Source of the DNA: Planctomycetota bacterium
GTDB taxonomy: Bacteria; Planctomycetota; PLA2; JAEUHO01
Length of the DNA: 64,000 bases
NCBI GenBank assembly: GCA_050248855.1
Contig: JBFWRP010000010.1
Coordinates: forward strand, 64,001-128,000
Reading direction: 5' to 3'
Made by a program: the position numbers and the translations under genes. This document shows positions 34,144-43,933 of this stretch, piece after piece (position 1 is the stretch's first letter; every line of letters begins with the position of its first letter). The notes under the pieces are model-generated. The model had not been told where the DNA came from, did no database searches, and was given only the letters and a program-made list of their open reading frames with translations.

Positions 34144-36069
34144 CTACCGGGTACGTCGGAACACGGCGAACACCCGGCCTGTCGCCTCCACGAGCTCGTT
34201 CCAGACGGCGAAGAGTGCCTCGCCGCCGGGTGTCGTGCGGAGCTGCGACTCGCCTTGGGAGCTCGCCCCTTCGGCGAGGAGGACGATCGGCGAGAACGTG
34301 AACCCGAGATCCGTGGTGCGGGTCAGGTACACGTCGAGGTCGATCGTGCCCGTGGCCAGGTGCTCGTACTGGTTCACCTCGGTGCCCCATGCGAGCCAGG
34401 CGGTGTCCAGCACTTGCGGCGCGCTCGGGTCCGTGCTGTTCGGTGTCCCTACGATCCTCGGCTCGCGCACGGAGATGCGCGTGTCCGTGATCCCCGACAC
34501 GTCGAACGGGTCCGTCCACGTCAGCCCCCCGTCCATGGACGTGCGCACGAAGAAGTTGTAGTTCGCGAGGTCCGTGTAGCGCGCAAGTACGCCGTCGGAA
34601 GTCCACGTGTAGCCCAAGAAGATGGTGTCCCCGCGGATGATCCCCCGGTGTGCACGGGCGTCCTCGAGGTGATCGGCCTCCGAGTCCGCGTCCAGACCCA
34701 TGCGGCTGCTCATGTTGCGCGCCGGGGCGTTGAAGGCGGCGAATGCCGGATCCCACGCCAGCGCATCGACCGGCGGGTCGAGCTGGTCGGGGTGGAAGCC
34801 GTCGGAGGGCCCTGCATGGCTCCCGTCGGCGTAGCCGACGCGCGACATGATGTCCGAGGGTCCGCCCCCGTCGTAGAGACCCTCCTTCCAGAGGAAGCAC
34901 ACCTTCACGCCCGTCAGGGGACCCGCCTGACCCGCAGGCGGGGTCAGGATGCGCACGCGCCGTCCGTTCTCACCCACGTGCGAGAGGATCCACCCTGCGC
35001 CCGCACTGGCATCCGTCCCGAGGGGATCGAGGTAGCTCGTGAACACGTGGTACCGGATGTACTTGCCGATCCCCTCGCCCTCCGCCCCCTTGGTCTCCTC
35101 GTAGGCGATCACGGCCGTGCTGCCCGCCATGTCCAGGTTGCAGCGCGACGCGCCGGTGTTGCCGCCCAGGTTGTCGGTCACGCGCACGGCCGCAGGCAGC
35201 TCCGCGAGCGACCCGAAGCCCGCTGCCGACTGGGCCACGTACCAGATGTCGGTTCCCTTGGAGACCTTGGCGCCCGAGTCGCCATCCCCGGGTCCGTCCC
35301 CTTCACCCGGCTGCAGGCCTTCGGGGTCCTCCTGCCACGTCCAGACCCAGCCCGCGCCGGTGCCGCGACACGCCGACTGCATCGGGTCGCGCGAGCCGTC
35401 CGTCATGCGCTGGACGGTCCACGTCGCTCCCGCATCGGCGGAGCGCGCGATGTAGATCGCGCGGTAAGGCACTTCGATGAGGCCCGACTCGCGGTAGACG
35501 ACGGATCCTTGGGCGGCGGCTGGGCCCGTGAGGTACGTCACGCCGGGCGGGAGCGCGGTGGGCGCCGGGCCCACGTAGGCGTCCTCCCAGATGATCGAGA
35601 CGTTCTTGCCCGAGGCGAAGACCGTCGGCTTCCCGGAGTCGCCCGGGAACGGACGCGGCGCCGTCAAGGCGTCACCGTCATGGTCGGCAACGGCGGACGA
35701 GAGCATCGCGGTGTTGGAGACATCGAGCGGCGGCGACCAGGTGGCGCCCTCGTCGTCCGACACGCGCACGAAGATGTCGCGTGCGGCGAGCGCATCGCCT
35801 CGAGAGTCCCACGCCGGCGCGCCGACCCCGTTCCCGTAGACCGCCACGAGGTTCGTGTGGAAGACGTCCGCGGCGTCCTTCCACGTCACGCCGAGGATCT
35901 TCGTCTTGTGGGCCTGGTCCCCATCCAGCGTGACAGGGGCTTCGAGCCGGATCGGGCAGCCCGTCCACGAGGGCCCGATGGACGGTGCCGAGCCGCCGCC
36001 CCCTCCGCCGCAGCTCGCGGCGAGCAAGGACGACGCGACGAGGGAACGAAGGGTGTGCCAGCGTCTCAC
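34144..36069 (-). CDS. Lipoprotein with Asp-box/BNR repeats; choice-of-anchor O-like
   Basis: Lipobox LAAS-C then Gly run; Asp boxes SDDEGATW, SADAGATW, SMDGGLTW, TTDLGFTF; WQEDPEGLQPGEGDGPG...TDIWY recalled from choice-of-anchor O proteins (unverified). Confidence 0.78.
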   Translation of the reverse strand: MRRWHTLRSLVASSLLAASCGGGGGGSAPSIGPSWTGCPIRLEAPVTLDGDQAHKTKILGVTWKDAADVFHTNLVAVYGNGVGAPAWDSRGDALAARDIFVRVSDDEGATWSPPLDVSNTAMLSSAVADHDGDALTAPRPFPGDSGKPTVFASGKNVSIIWEDAYVGPAPTALPPGVTYLTGPAAAQGSVVYRESGLIEVPYRAIYIARSADAGATWTVQRMTDGSRDPMQSACRGTGAGWVWTWQEDPEGLQPGEGDGPGDGDSGAKVSKGTDIWYVAQSAAGFGSLAELPAAVRVTDNLGGNTGASRCNLDMAGSTAVIAYEETKGAEGEGIGKYIRYHVFTSYLDPLGTDASAGAGWILSHVGENGRRVRILTPPAGQAGPLTGVKVCFLWKEGLYDGGGPSDIMSRVGYADGSHAGPSDGFHPDQLDPPVDALAWDPAFAAFNAPARNMSSRMGLDADSEADHLEDARAHRGIIRGDTIFLGYTWTSDGVLARYTDLANYNFFVRTSMDGGLTWTDPFDVSGITDTRISVREPRIVGTPNSTDPSAPQVLDTAWLAWGTEVNQYEHLATGTIDLDVYLTRTTDLGFTFSPIVLLAEGASSQGESQLRTTPGGEALFAVWNELVEATGRVFAVFRRTR

Positions 36070-36136
36070 GCCCAGCTCCAGCTCGGTGACGAGCCACTTG
36101 CGGAGGGCAGGCGACTCCGCCCGCCCCGCTCACTCC

Positions 36137-36151
36137 GCAGATCGAGTGCCA
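36137..36151 (-). promoter_or_regulatory. Putative sigma54 promoter TGGCACTCGATCTGC
   Basis: TGGCAC-N5-CTGC with GG-N10-GC spacing, ~68 bp upstream of GTG 36069. Confidence 0.6.
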
Positions 36152-36342
36152 GCCGGAGCACGCCCCGAGGCGGCCGATCGGCCGCACCGAGGGGGACGGT
36201 CGTCCCACCGCGTGGGGACTGGCACACGGCGACTGCGGCGCACCACGCAACGCGCCACCGACCGGAGGAGGCGCGTGCGGCACCGTGAGCTCCCCCCGCC
36301 ACACGGCCCGGCGCACGCTCGCCGCGGCGGTCGGAGTCGGGA

Positions 36343-38601
36343 TCAGCGTCGACGGCCGCCGCCTCCCCCCGATCCCCCGCCTGCGCTGGTCCCGCCGCCG
36401 CTTCGCACGACCGGCGGGGGGGAGCTACGAGGCTGGAGGGAGCGCGGCTGCGAGGGCGGCGCGACGCGCGGGATCCGCTCGAGCGGCAGCTGCTGCCGAC
36501 GCCACTGCTCGAGCAGCTCCATGCGTTGCGTTGCGATCTGCCTCGAGCGCGCAGCCCGCTCCAGCTCCGTGTGCAGGTCCGTCGGGAACACCGTCGTGCG
36601 GGGGACGGCCGGGCGCGTACGGGGAGCCGTCGGCAGGCTCCGCCACGTGCTCCCGTCGAGGCTCTGCCACCCCGACGTGGACCGCCGGTAGATGCGACCG
36701 TCCGGTCCCACGTAGAGCGGGGACGCCGACGGTCCCTGGGGCAGGAGGGGCGTCCCCGGCGAGGTCCGCCGGGGGCGCGGCGTCGGCGGGGGCGTCGGCG
36801 GCGTGCCTGCTCCGAACCCGTCGATCGGACCCCGGACGCCCGTCACGTGGGAGCGGCGCAGCCACGCTGCATGGTCGTGGATGACGTCGGGGCCCCAGTG
36901 GGCGTACAGGTTCGTGGTGTCGTATCGGCTGTAGTAGCGGGCGGTGCTCGAGTACCAGGTGGCGCGGATCGGCCGCACGGCGAGGGGCGTGTAGTACCGC
37001 ACTCCGACCACGTAGCTGGCCACGTAGGGGTGGTACACGACGCCGACCCCGAACGTGAGCGGCCATCCGAACCACGTGCCGGCCCCGATCCACGGGCGGT
37101 ACCACCACCCCGTCCCGAACACGACGACGCGTCGCCGCGGACACACGTAGAGACCGAGGTAACCGGGGAGATACCCGACGACCACCAGCTTGGGTGTCGC
37201 GTCGTAGACGCGCACGAAGGTCACGCGATAGACGGGACACCGCGGACTGATCGTGTAGATCACGGTGGGGACCGCGTCGCACACGAGCCATGGGCCAAGG
37301 GCTGCCTCGGCGACGAACCAGACGCCCTGGTGGCAGCAGTAGTAGCGCCCCCCGGCCAGAAGCACGTCGTAGGCGGTGTTGATCGCATAGGAGACATCGG
37401 CGTCGGGGCAGCGGACGAAGTGCGGCAGCCCCACGTACCTCACCTCCAGCCGCGGCTGGTCGCGCCGGATGACGACGCGTCGCGGGATCTGCGCGAGAAG
37501 GACCGCCTCCTCCGCGGCGGGTGTGCCCGGAACGGAGACGAGGACGCGACCCTTGGCGTGGTTCGTGGGAATCCGCGCGAAATCCCCGGGCAAGTCGGCG
37601 AGCACGGGCTCCCAGGGTCCGGAGAGACGCGCGGCGCGGTACCAGCGACCGGAGACGAGCAGGTAGTGAAGGGACTCGCGCACGTGGAGGAACACGTCTG
37701 CGGACGTGTTGGTCACGTAGAGGAGCGACGTTCCCGGTATCGGGGAGAAACGCGCGGCTCCCTCCATGACGACGAGCTCGGCGGGCACGGTGCTCACGTG
37801 GATGCGGGGCGCGGGCGCATGCGGCGCGACCGGCGTGTGGCGGGACTCGGAGCGTGGATGTCCGTCCGGGATGCGGGCGAGGTCGCGCGGAGCTCGCGTC
37901 GCACGGCTCCAGTCGTCCGTGGACAGGTCCGCGGTCGTCATCCAGCCGTCAGCCAGTCGCAGGAACCAAGTGCCCGTCGCACGCTCGAGCAATACGTGCC
38001 AGTCGGTGTTCACGACGTGAAGCAGTCCGGTGCCCGGGATCTCGTCCAGGGCGGGGTCCCCGTCCACGAGCACCAGGCGCGCCGGAACGGTCTCGACGAC
38101 GATGCGCGGCTCGAGCGAGCCGAGCCCGGTCGCCTGGGCTTGGGCCTGCGCCTCCACGCGCTCCACGTCGGCGAGCAGACGGTCGAGCGCCATGTCCATG
38201 GGGCCCTTGGGGAACAGCCTCTCCAAGCGATCCACGAGCTCGCCCTGTTGATGGGCGCCCGTCGAGGGGAAGCGGGCCTCCACGATGCGGAGATTTGCGA
38301 CCGTGACGATCCGGGTGTCGAGGTTCGCCCGCGTCTCGCCTCGTACCCAGAGGGCACCGTACACGGGGGCTTCCTCGTCGGGAAAGTGGAGCACCACGGC
38401 GATGCGAGCCTCGAGGACGTCGTTTGCCCACCTGTCCACCTGCGGCTCGTGCATGACGAGCCGGACGCCGTGGTCATCGGCGAGCTCGTGCGGCCAGTCC
38501 GAGAGCGTGGGTACGCCGCCGCCCTCGTCCGCGCTCGCGGGGGTCGCCGCGAGGACGACGAGGCACAGGACGGCGAGCAGGAGCGGAAGATTCGTGCGCA
38601 T
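36343..38601 (-). CDS. Large secreted protein of unknown function with aromatic-rich and Pro/Arg/Gly-rich C-terminus
   Basis: Signal peptide (ATPASA-D); internal repeats IPGTGLLHVVNT / IPGTSLLYVTNT, LP.DFARIP, GRWY...GPW; resembles a family loosely annotated 'carbohydrate-binding family V/XII' (unverified). Confidence 0.8.
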   Translation of the reverse strand: MRTNLPLLLAVLCLVVLAATPASADEGGGVPTLSDWPHELADDHGVRLVMHEPQVDRWANDVLEARIAVVLHFPDEEAPVYGALWVRGETRANLDTRIVTVANLRIVEARFPSTGAHQQGELVDRLERLFPKGPMDMALDRLLADVERVEAQAQAQATGLGSLEPRIVVETVPARLVLVDGDPALDEIPGTGLLHVVNTDWHVLLERATGTWFLRLADGWMTTADLSTDDWSRATRAPRDLARIPDGHPRSESRHTPVAPHAPAPRIHVSTVPAELVVMEGAARFSPIPGTSLLYVTNTSADVFLHVRESLHYLLVSGRWYRAARLSGPWEPVLADLPGDFARIPTNHAKGRVLVSVPGTPAAEEAVLLAQIPRRVVIRRDQPRLEVRYVGLPHFVRCPDADVSYAINTAYDVLLAGGRYYCCHQGVWFVAEAALGPWLVCDAVPTVIYTISPRCPVYRVTFVRVYDATPKLVVVGYLPGYLGLYVCPRRRVVVFGTGWWYRPWIGAGTWFGWPLTFGVGVVYHPYVASYVVGVRYYTPLAVRPIRATWYSSTARYYSRYDTTNLYAHWGPDVIHDHAAWLRRSHVTGVRGPIDGFGAGTPPTPPPTPRPRRTSPGTPLLPQGPSASPLYVGPDGRIYRRSTSGWQSLDGSTWRSLPTAPRTRPAVPRTTVFPTDLHTELERAARSRQIATQRMELLEQWRRQQLPLERIPRVAPPSQPRSLQPRSSPPPVVRSGGGTSAGGGSGGGGGRRR

Positions 38602-38845
38602 GATGGATTCCCAACGGGGTGTTCAGGGAGGGTCGAGGCTCGAGCTGGCCAGGCGCCGGGGCCTTCCGACGGGGATCACGGCAGGCCCCTGGACGGATCC
38701 GCCAGGGGCGCGGCGGGGGACGAACGGGGCAGACGGGGCGAGCACCGCGGGTGCGTCAACGGTCAAGCGGGTTCGCACGGCAACCCCTGTTCGAAGACGG
38801 CGGCCCAGGGCCTCGTGGTCCCGACGCCTCCGCGACCCGTGGGTG

Positions 38846-38861
38846 TGCAACGTGCATGCCG
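38846..38861 (-). promoter_or_regulatory. Putative sigma54 promoter CGGCATGCACGTTGCA
   Basis: GG-N10-GC with TTGCA -12 element, ~245 bp upstream of ATG 38601. Confidence 0.55.
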
Positions 38862-39238
38862 CGCCCACGTCTGCGCGCCGCAGGGGCGCATCGGCCACGT
38901 CCCGCTCCCGGCGATGGACGCTGTTGCAGCGCCTCCCGAGCGCTCCGTCGGCGGCGCAGCCGTCACGGGCGGCGCTCGGAAGGGAGCAGGCACTGGGGAA
39001 AACGCACCGGCGGCTGCGGATCCGGTCCCAGCGGCTGCGCCGCGAGAGGCTGCTCGCGCGCCGACGGGCTCCGCACCCTTCAGGTCTGCCGCGGGCAGCC
39101 GTAGCCAGGGGGGACGCCCACACGTGTCCCCTGAAGGACGCGTCGATCGCCGCGATAGGACAGGGCGTGCGGGGAGGCCACGGACCCGACGTCCCCGCAA
39201 ACGCCTGATGAATGGCCGCGCGGCGCATTCCCCACGAC

Positions 39239-39253
39239 TGGCACCGTCCTTGC
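39239..39253 (+). promoter_or_regulatory. Sigma54 promoter TGGCACCGTCCTTGC
   Basis: Exact match to TGGCAC-N5-TTGC, 54 bp upstream of ATG 39307, which has an AGGAG SD. Confidence 0.72.
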
Positions 39254-39306
39254 GCTCCCTTGCGCCGCGGCGCGCCCGACCGGGTGCGCGCGCCAGGAGT
39301 AGCGCC

Positions 39307-39702
39307 ATGACCACCCACAGCTCGACGACCCCCTCTCCCGCATCGGCCGCCCGCCCCCGCAGCCGGCGTGGACGCAGCCTGCTGGTCGTGGGTCTGCTCG
39401 GCCTGGCCCTGGTCGCCGCCGGCTGCGGCGGCGGCGGGTACTACTACGACGACACGGGCGACGCGTATGTCGACAACCAGGACGCGTTCGCCACCGTCGG
39501 CTTCTACATGGCCCCCAGCGGCACGGGGGCGTGGACCGGCAACCTGCTCGGCGACTGGCTGTTCCCGGGCGAGGTGGCCTACGTCGGCTCGTTCGTCGAG
39601 GACTACTACGACGCGGATGCCGAGCAGCAGGACGGCGCGACGATCCAGTTCACCGCCGAGCCCATCTACGCGGGTGAGGCCACCACGTTCGTCGTGTTCT
39701 GA
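39307..39702 (+). CDS. Small lipoprotein, paralogue of 33641..34060
   Basis: C-terminal end of the 36526..39702 shadow ORF; MTTHSS...LLVVGLLGLALVAAG-C lipobox; AGGAG SD. Confidence 0.82.
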   Translation: MTTHSSTTPSPASAARPRSRRGRSLLVVGLLGLALVAAGCGGGGYYYDDTGDAYVDNQDAFATVGFYMAPSGTGAWTGNLLGDWLFPGEVAYVGSFVEDYYDADAEQQDGATIQFTAEPIYAGEATTFVVF

Positions 39703-39875
39703 CCGCAGGGCGCACGGCGCCCTGCTTGTTCCCGTCGACGTGTCTCGTGATCTTTCGCCGCGGGCTCCGGGAACCACCGGCGTGCCGGACATCCCACCGT
39801 GTGGTGGGATGACGCCGGCCCGGGCCCGCGGCGATCCTCGCCTCGGAGCGGGACGCCGCATACGGAGGTGAGCTG

Positions 39876-42575
39876 ATGGCCGCAGGCCGTTTCCGTTGGC
39901 TGCTGCCGTCCCTGCTCTTGGTGTTGGCCGCCCTGCTTGGCGCGCTGTTGCTGACGTCGTCGCCGCCGCGACCGGGCCCCGACGAGATCGAGCCCGGCAC
40001 ACCGCAACCGGGCGCGCCCACGCTCGACCCCGACGATCCCCTGCGCGGCCGGCCGGCGCCGCCGCGACCCGCTGCGACGCCCGAGGGGACGAGGTCGATC
40101 GGCCGCGAGGTGGATGCGCTGCCCGCGCCGGCGCTCGACGGTCGCCTGACCGTCGTCGTGCGCACGCGCGAGGGCGCGCCGGTCGCCGGCGCCAGCGTCG
40201 TCGCCCGGTTCGTGGACCCGGAGGGCCTGCGCGGCGCGCCGTTCGACGACGGGGACGTCGCGGCGGAAGGCACGACCGACGCTGCGGGCACGTTCGTCGC
40301 GCCCGAGCCCTCGAGCCGGACGGGCTGGCTGCGCGTGACGGCGCGCGCAGAAGGACACGCCGCCGCGGCGCGCGTGGTCGTCGCCGCGGACGCCTTGGTC
40401 GAGCTGGTCCTGGGCCCCGCGGGCGAGGTACGCATCGAGGTCCTCGCGCAGCAGGACGCCGCTGCGGGCGCCACCCCCGCCGCGAACGTCGACGTCACGC
40501 TCCACCAGGGCGACGTGCGGCTGCTCGCCACGACCGACGCGGATGGGCGCGTCACGTTCCACGACGCGCCCGCGGGCCCGGCGACCGTGCGCGCCGTCAC
40601 GAGCGCGCTGCAAGCCGTCGAGAACGGCCCGTTCGACGTCGCCGCAGGCGCCGTCGTCGAACGCGTCATCGTCGTCGGCGCGGGCCGCACCGTCGAGGGC
40701 GTCGTCGTGGACGACGCCGATGGCTCCCCCATCGCAGGCGCCGACGTGTGGATCGCGCGCCCCGGCGCCAGCACGCCGGCCGGCATCACGGATGCGCAGG
40801 GACGCTTCGGTCCGGCGCCGGCGGGGACCGACGCCGAGCGTCAGTTCGTCGCCGTGCGGGCACCCGGTTTCGCGCCGGCGCTGGAGCCGGTCGTGCTGCG
40901 GCCCGCGGAGGCCGGCACGGCGCGCGTGTCCGTGGAGGTACGCCTGCGGCGCGCCGAGCCCTGGCGCGGCCGCGTCCTGGGCGTGGACGGAGCCCCCGCA
41001 GCGGGCGCGCGCGTCGCGTGGACCGCGGACGGCGTGGCGGGGCGTAGCCCGGCCTCGGCGAGAAGCGACGAAGGTGGGTGGTTCACGATCGAGCCCCCCC
41101 CACCGCCGGCCCCCGGTCGTCGCGTGCTGCTGGTGGCCGAGAGCCCGCAAGGTCGGGCGGCCCTCGCGCTGCGGCCCGACGAGCCCGCGCCCTCGCCGCT
41201 CGAGCTGCGCTTGGTGGCCGATGCGTCCGTCGGTGGTCGCCTCGCCGCGAGCGACGGCACGGCCGTGGCGGCCGCCGAGGTGCGCCTCGTACCGGTGTGG
41301 GACGACGCCGAGCGTCGGACACCCGATGCGGGCGACGCGCGACGGCTGCTCGGCAACGAGCAGGGCCTGATGCCGTGGTCCGCGGCCAGCGATGCCAGCG
41401 GCTTCTGGCGCATCGATGCCGTGCCTCCCGGGCGCTGGCAGGTGCACGCCCGCACGGCCACGCTGGCCCGCTGGTTCCCGGCACCCGTCGACGTGGGCCG
41501 ACGCGACGTGGACGTGGGCACGCTCGTGCTCGACGACGGTCTGGCCATCGCGGGCGAGGTCCGCGATGCCGACGGGCGTCCCGCGGCGGGTGCCCGCGTC
41601 GATGCCGTGGCCGAGGGGCTCGTCCCGCGCGCGTGGGACGCGCTCGCGGACGCCGACGGTCGTTTCGAAATCCAAGGGCTGCCTCCGGGCACCGTCCGCG
41701 TGCGCGCGCGGCGCGGCGAGCACGCCTCGGAGCCGGTCGTCGTCGAGCTGGGCACCGAGGACCGCGACGACGTCGAGCTGGAGGTGCCGGTCGGCGGCCG
41801 CGTGCGCATCGAGGTGCGTACGGAGGAAGGGGCACCGTTCACGGGTGTCCTCGTGCTGCGTCGCGAGCCGATCGGCGGACGCCTGGCTCCCGGTCGCCCG
41901 CAGGCCGTGCGCGCGAAGGCCGGCGTCGTGGAGGTGGACGACGTGCCGGTGGGCCCGGCCTGGTGGCGTGCCGAGTCGCCCGATGGGCGCGTGGCGCGCA
42001 CGGAAGCCCCCGTCACCGTCGAGAGCGGTGGGCTCGCGCAGGCCGTGCTCGTGCTGGGCCGGCCCGCCGTCCTCGAAGGCACGGTGCACACCGCCGAGGG
42101 CGAGCCTGCCGCGTCCGCCGAGGTGCATGTGCGCCACCTCGACGGCCGCGGCAGCGTGCTCGCGACGACCGACCTGCGCGGTCGCTACCGCCTCGTGGAC
42201 CTCGTGCCCGGGCGTCATCTCGTGATCGCCTACGGGCGCGGCGGTTCCCCCGTCGAGCGCGAGATCGACGTGCCCGCGGGCGTGGCGACCACGCTCGACC
42301 TCGACCTCTCGCCCGCAGGGCGTGTCGAGGTGCAGGTCCTGGACGCGAGCGGCCGCGACGTGCCGGGGGCCCTCGTGCGCTTCCGCGTGGCGGGTCGACT
42401 CGTCCGCGCCCGCGGGCCGGCGCGCACGGATGCGCGCGGCCGGGCCGTCGTCGAGGACCTGCCGCTGGGCCTGCTCGATGCGCAGGCCTCGCACCCCGAG
42501 GCGGGCGACGGGCTCGCGGACGTGATGGTCGAAGCCGGGCGTACGGTCCGCGTGGTCATTCGGCTCGCGCGCTGA
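39876..42575 (+). CDS. Carboxypeptidase regulatory-like (CnaB/prealbumin-fold) repeat protein, N-terminally membrane anchored
   Basis: About 8-9 repeats of G.V.D..G.P..GA.V ... TDA.GRF...LPPG; N-terminal hydrophobic stretch; GGAGG SD. Confidence 0.85.
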   Translation: MAAGRFRWLLPSLLLVLAALLGALLLTSSPPRPGPDEIEPGTPQPGAPTLDPDDPLRGRPAPPRPAATPEGTRSIGREVDALPAPALDGRLTVVVRTREGAPVAGASVVARFVDPEGLRGAPFDDGDVAAEGTTDAAGTFVAPEPSSRTGWLRVTARAEGHAAAARVVVAADALVELVLGPAGEVRIEVLAQQDAAAGATPAANVDVTLHQGDVRLLATTDADGRVTFHDAPAGPATVRAVTSALQAVENGPFDVAAGAVVERVIVVGAGRTVEGVVVDDADGSPIAGADVWIARPGASTPAGITDAQGRFGPAPAGTDAERQFVAVRAPGFAPALEPVVLRPAEAGTARVSVEVRLRRAEPWRGRVLGVDGAPAAGARVAWTADGVAGRSPASARSDEGGWFTIEPPPPPAPGRRVLLVAESPQGRAALALRPDEPAPSPLELRLVADASVGGRLAASDGTAVAAAEVRLVPVWDDAERRTPDAGDARRLLGNEQGLMPWSAASDASGFWRIDAVPPGRWQVHARTATLARWFPAPVDVGRRDVDVGTLVLDDGLAIAGEVRDADGRPAAGARVDAVAEGLVPRAWDALADADGRFEIQGLPPGTVRVRARRGEHASEPVVVELGTEDRDDVELEVPVGGRVRIEVRTEEGAPFTGVLVLRREPIGGRLAPGRPQAVRAKAGVVEVDDVPVGPAWWRAESPDGRVARTEAPVTVESGGLAQAVLVLGRPAVLEGTVHTAEGEPAASAEVHVRHLDGRGSVLATTDLRGRYRLVDLVPGRHLVIAYGRGGSPVEREIDVPAGVATTLDLDLSPAGRVEVQVLDASGRDVPGALVRFRVAGRLVRARGPARTDARGRAVVEDLPLGLLDAQASHPEAGDGLADVMVEAGRTVRVVIRLAR

Positions 42576-43932
42576 CCCGCGACGGGGACAGCCGCGCGAG
42601 ATGGGGCCGGAGGCCCTCGATCGTGCGCTCGCTGGCCCCTTGGCTCGAGCACACGGCGTCGCGGGCGCGGGCGCCCAGCGCGCGAGCCGCGGCCCGATCG
42701 TCATGCCACGCACGCAGCACCGCTTCGAGCCCCGCCGCGTCGTCCACCACGCGTACGCCTTCCGAGGCCCGCAGCAGGGCGACTTCGCTGCGGAACTGGA
42801 ACAGGTGCGGCCCCACGACCACGGGCAACCCCAGGCTGGCGGGCTCGATCAGGTTCTGCCCGCCGTGGGGCACGAGCGTGCCGCCGACGAACGCGAAGGC
42901 CGCGAGGCCGTACGCGTGCTCCAGCTCCCCCACCGTGTCGAGCACGAACACGTCGTCGGGCGCCGGCGCCCCGCGCGGCGCAAGCAGTCCGCTGCGCAGC
43001 ACGGGTGCGCCACCCTCGCGCCGCACATCGACCGCCACGCTGTCGCGGCGCTCGGGATGGCGCGGCACGAGCACCAGATGCATGCGCCGTCCCCCAGCGG
43101 CCAGCTGCCGGACGACGCGGACCAGCTCGCGCTCTTCCCCGGGGTGCGTGCTGCCCGCGACCAGGACCGGAACCTCGGTGTCCTGGAGGCCGAAGAGGCG
43201 CGCGAGGGCGCCCACGCGCTCCCGGTCCGCAGCAGGCGTCACGTTGTCCAGCTTGAGGTTGCCCGTCACGACGATGCGGTCCGGATCCACGCCCAGATGC
43301 TCGAGACGCTCGGCGTACACCGCAAGCTGCGCGAAGACGCGATCGAGCGAGCCGAACAGACGCCGCGCGAACCAGCGCGTGCGTCCGAAGCGCCGCGCGC
43401 TGCGCTCGCTCATGCGTCCGTTGACGAGCACCACGGGTACGCCGCGCCGCCGAGCCGCCAGGAGGAAGCCCGGCCAGAGCCCGCTCTCGACGAGCAGCAC
43501 GAGGTCCGGACGCAGCGCGGCGAGGTAGCGGTGGATCGACCACGAGAGGTCGGTCGGCGCGCGCTCCACGCGCAAGGTGGGGTAGAGCTCGGCGGCCACG
43601 CGTCGTCCCGTGACGGTCGTCACGCCCAGCACGATGTCGGCGCCCGGCAGCTCCTCGGCCAGCCGCGCCAGGAGCCGCGCCACGGCCTTCACCTCGCCCA
43701 CGCTGACGGCCTGCACCAGGACGCAGGGGGCCTCGCCCTCACGCGGCGTGCGGCGCGCCATGCGCGCGGGCAGGTCGCGGACGAACGGACCCGCGCGGGC
43801 GCGAGCCTTCGCATCGACGGCCAACCGCGCGAGGGCGATCGGCAGCCCGAGCACCGCCGCGCCCACGTAGCCCAGGTCGAGCAGCGCGTGCCGGAGGTAC
43901 GCCGGACGGCGAGGCCCGCGCGGCGTCGTCAC
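42556..43932 (-). CDS. waaA: 3-deoxy-D-manno-octulosonic acid (Kdo) transferase
   Basis: QAVSVGEV, LVNGRMSERS, TGNLKLD, AGSTHPGEE, VPRHPER, DTVGEL, GGQNLIEPA; GTG start just after secA stop (alternative ATG 43953). Confidence 0.93.
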   Translation of the reverse strand: MTTPRGPRRPAYLRHALLDLGYVGAAVLGLPIALARLAVDAKARARAGPFVRDLPARMARRTPREGEAPCVLVQAVSVGEVKAVARLLARLAEELPGADIVLGVTTVTGRRVAAELYPTLRVERAPTDLSWSIHRYLAALRPDLVLLVESGLWPGFLLAARRRGVPVVLVNGRMSERSARRFGRTRWFARRLFGSLDRVFAQLAVYAERLEHLGVDPDRIVVTGNLKLDNVTPAADRERVGALARLFGLQDTEVPVLVAGSTHPGEERELVRVVRQLAAGGRRMHLVLVPRHPERRDSVAVDVRREGGAPVLRSGLLAPRGAPAPDDVFVLDTVGELEHAYGLAAFAFVGGTLVPHGGQNLIEPASLGLPVVVGPHLFQFRSEVALLRASEGVRVVDDAAGLEAVLRAWHDDRAAARALGARARDAVCSSQGASERTIEGLRPHLARLSPSRVSARAE

Positions 43933-43933
43933 A

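Noticed and set aside
38623..38778. Small ORF (VRTRLTVDAP...) between the sigma54 site and the 38601 gene
   Set aside because: Weak SD, Pro/Arg-rich composition, no recognisable motif
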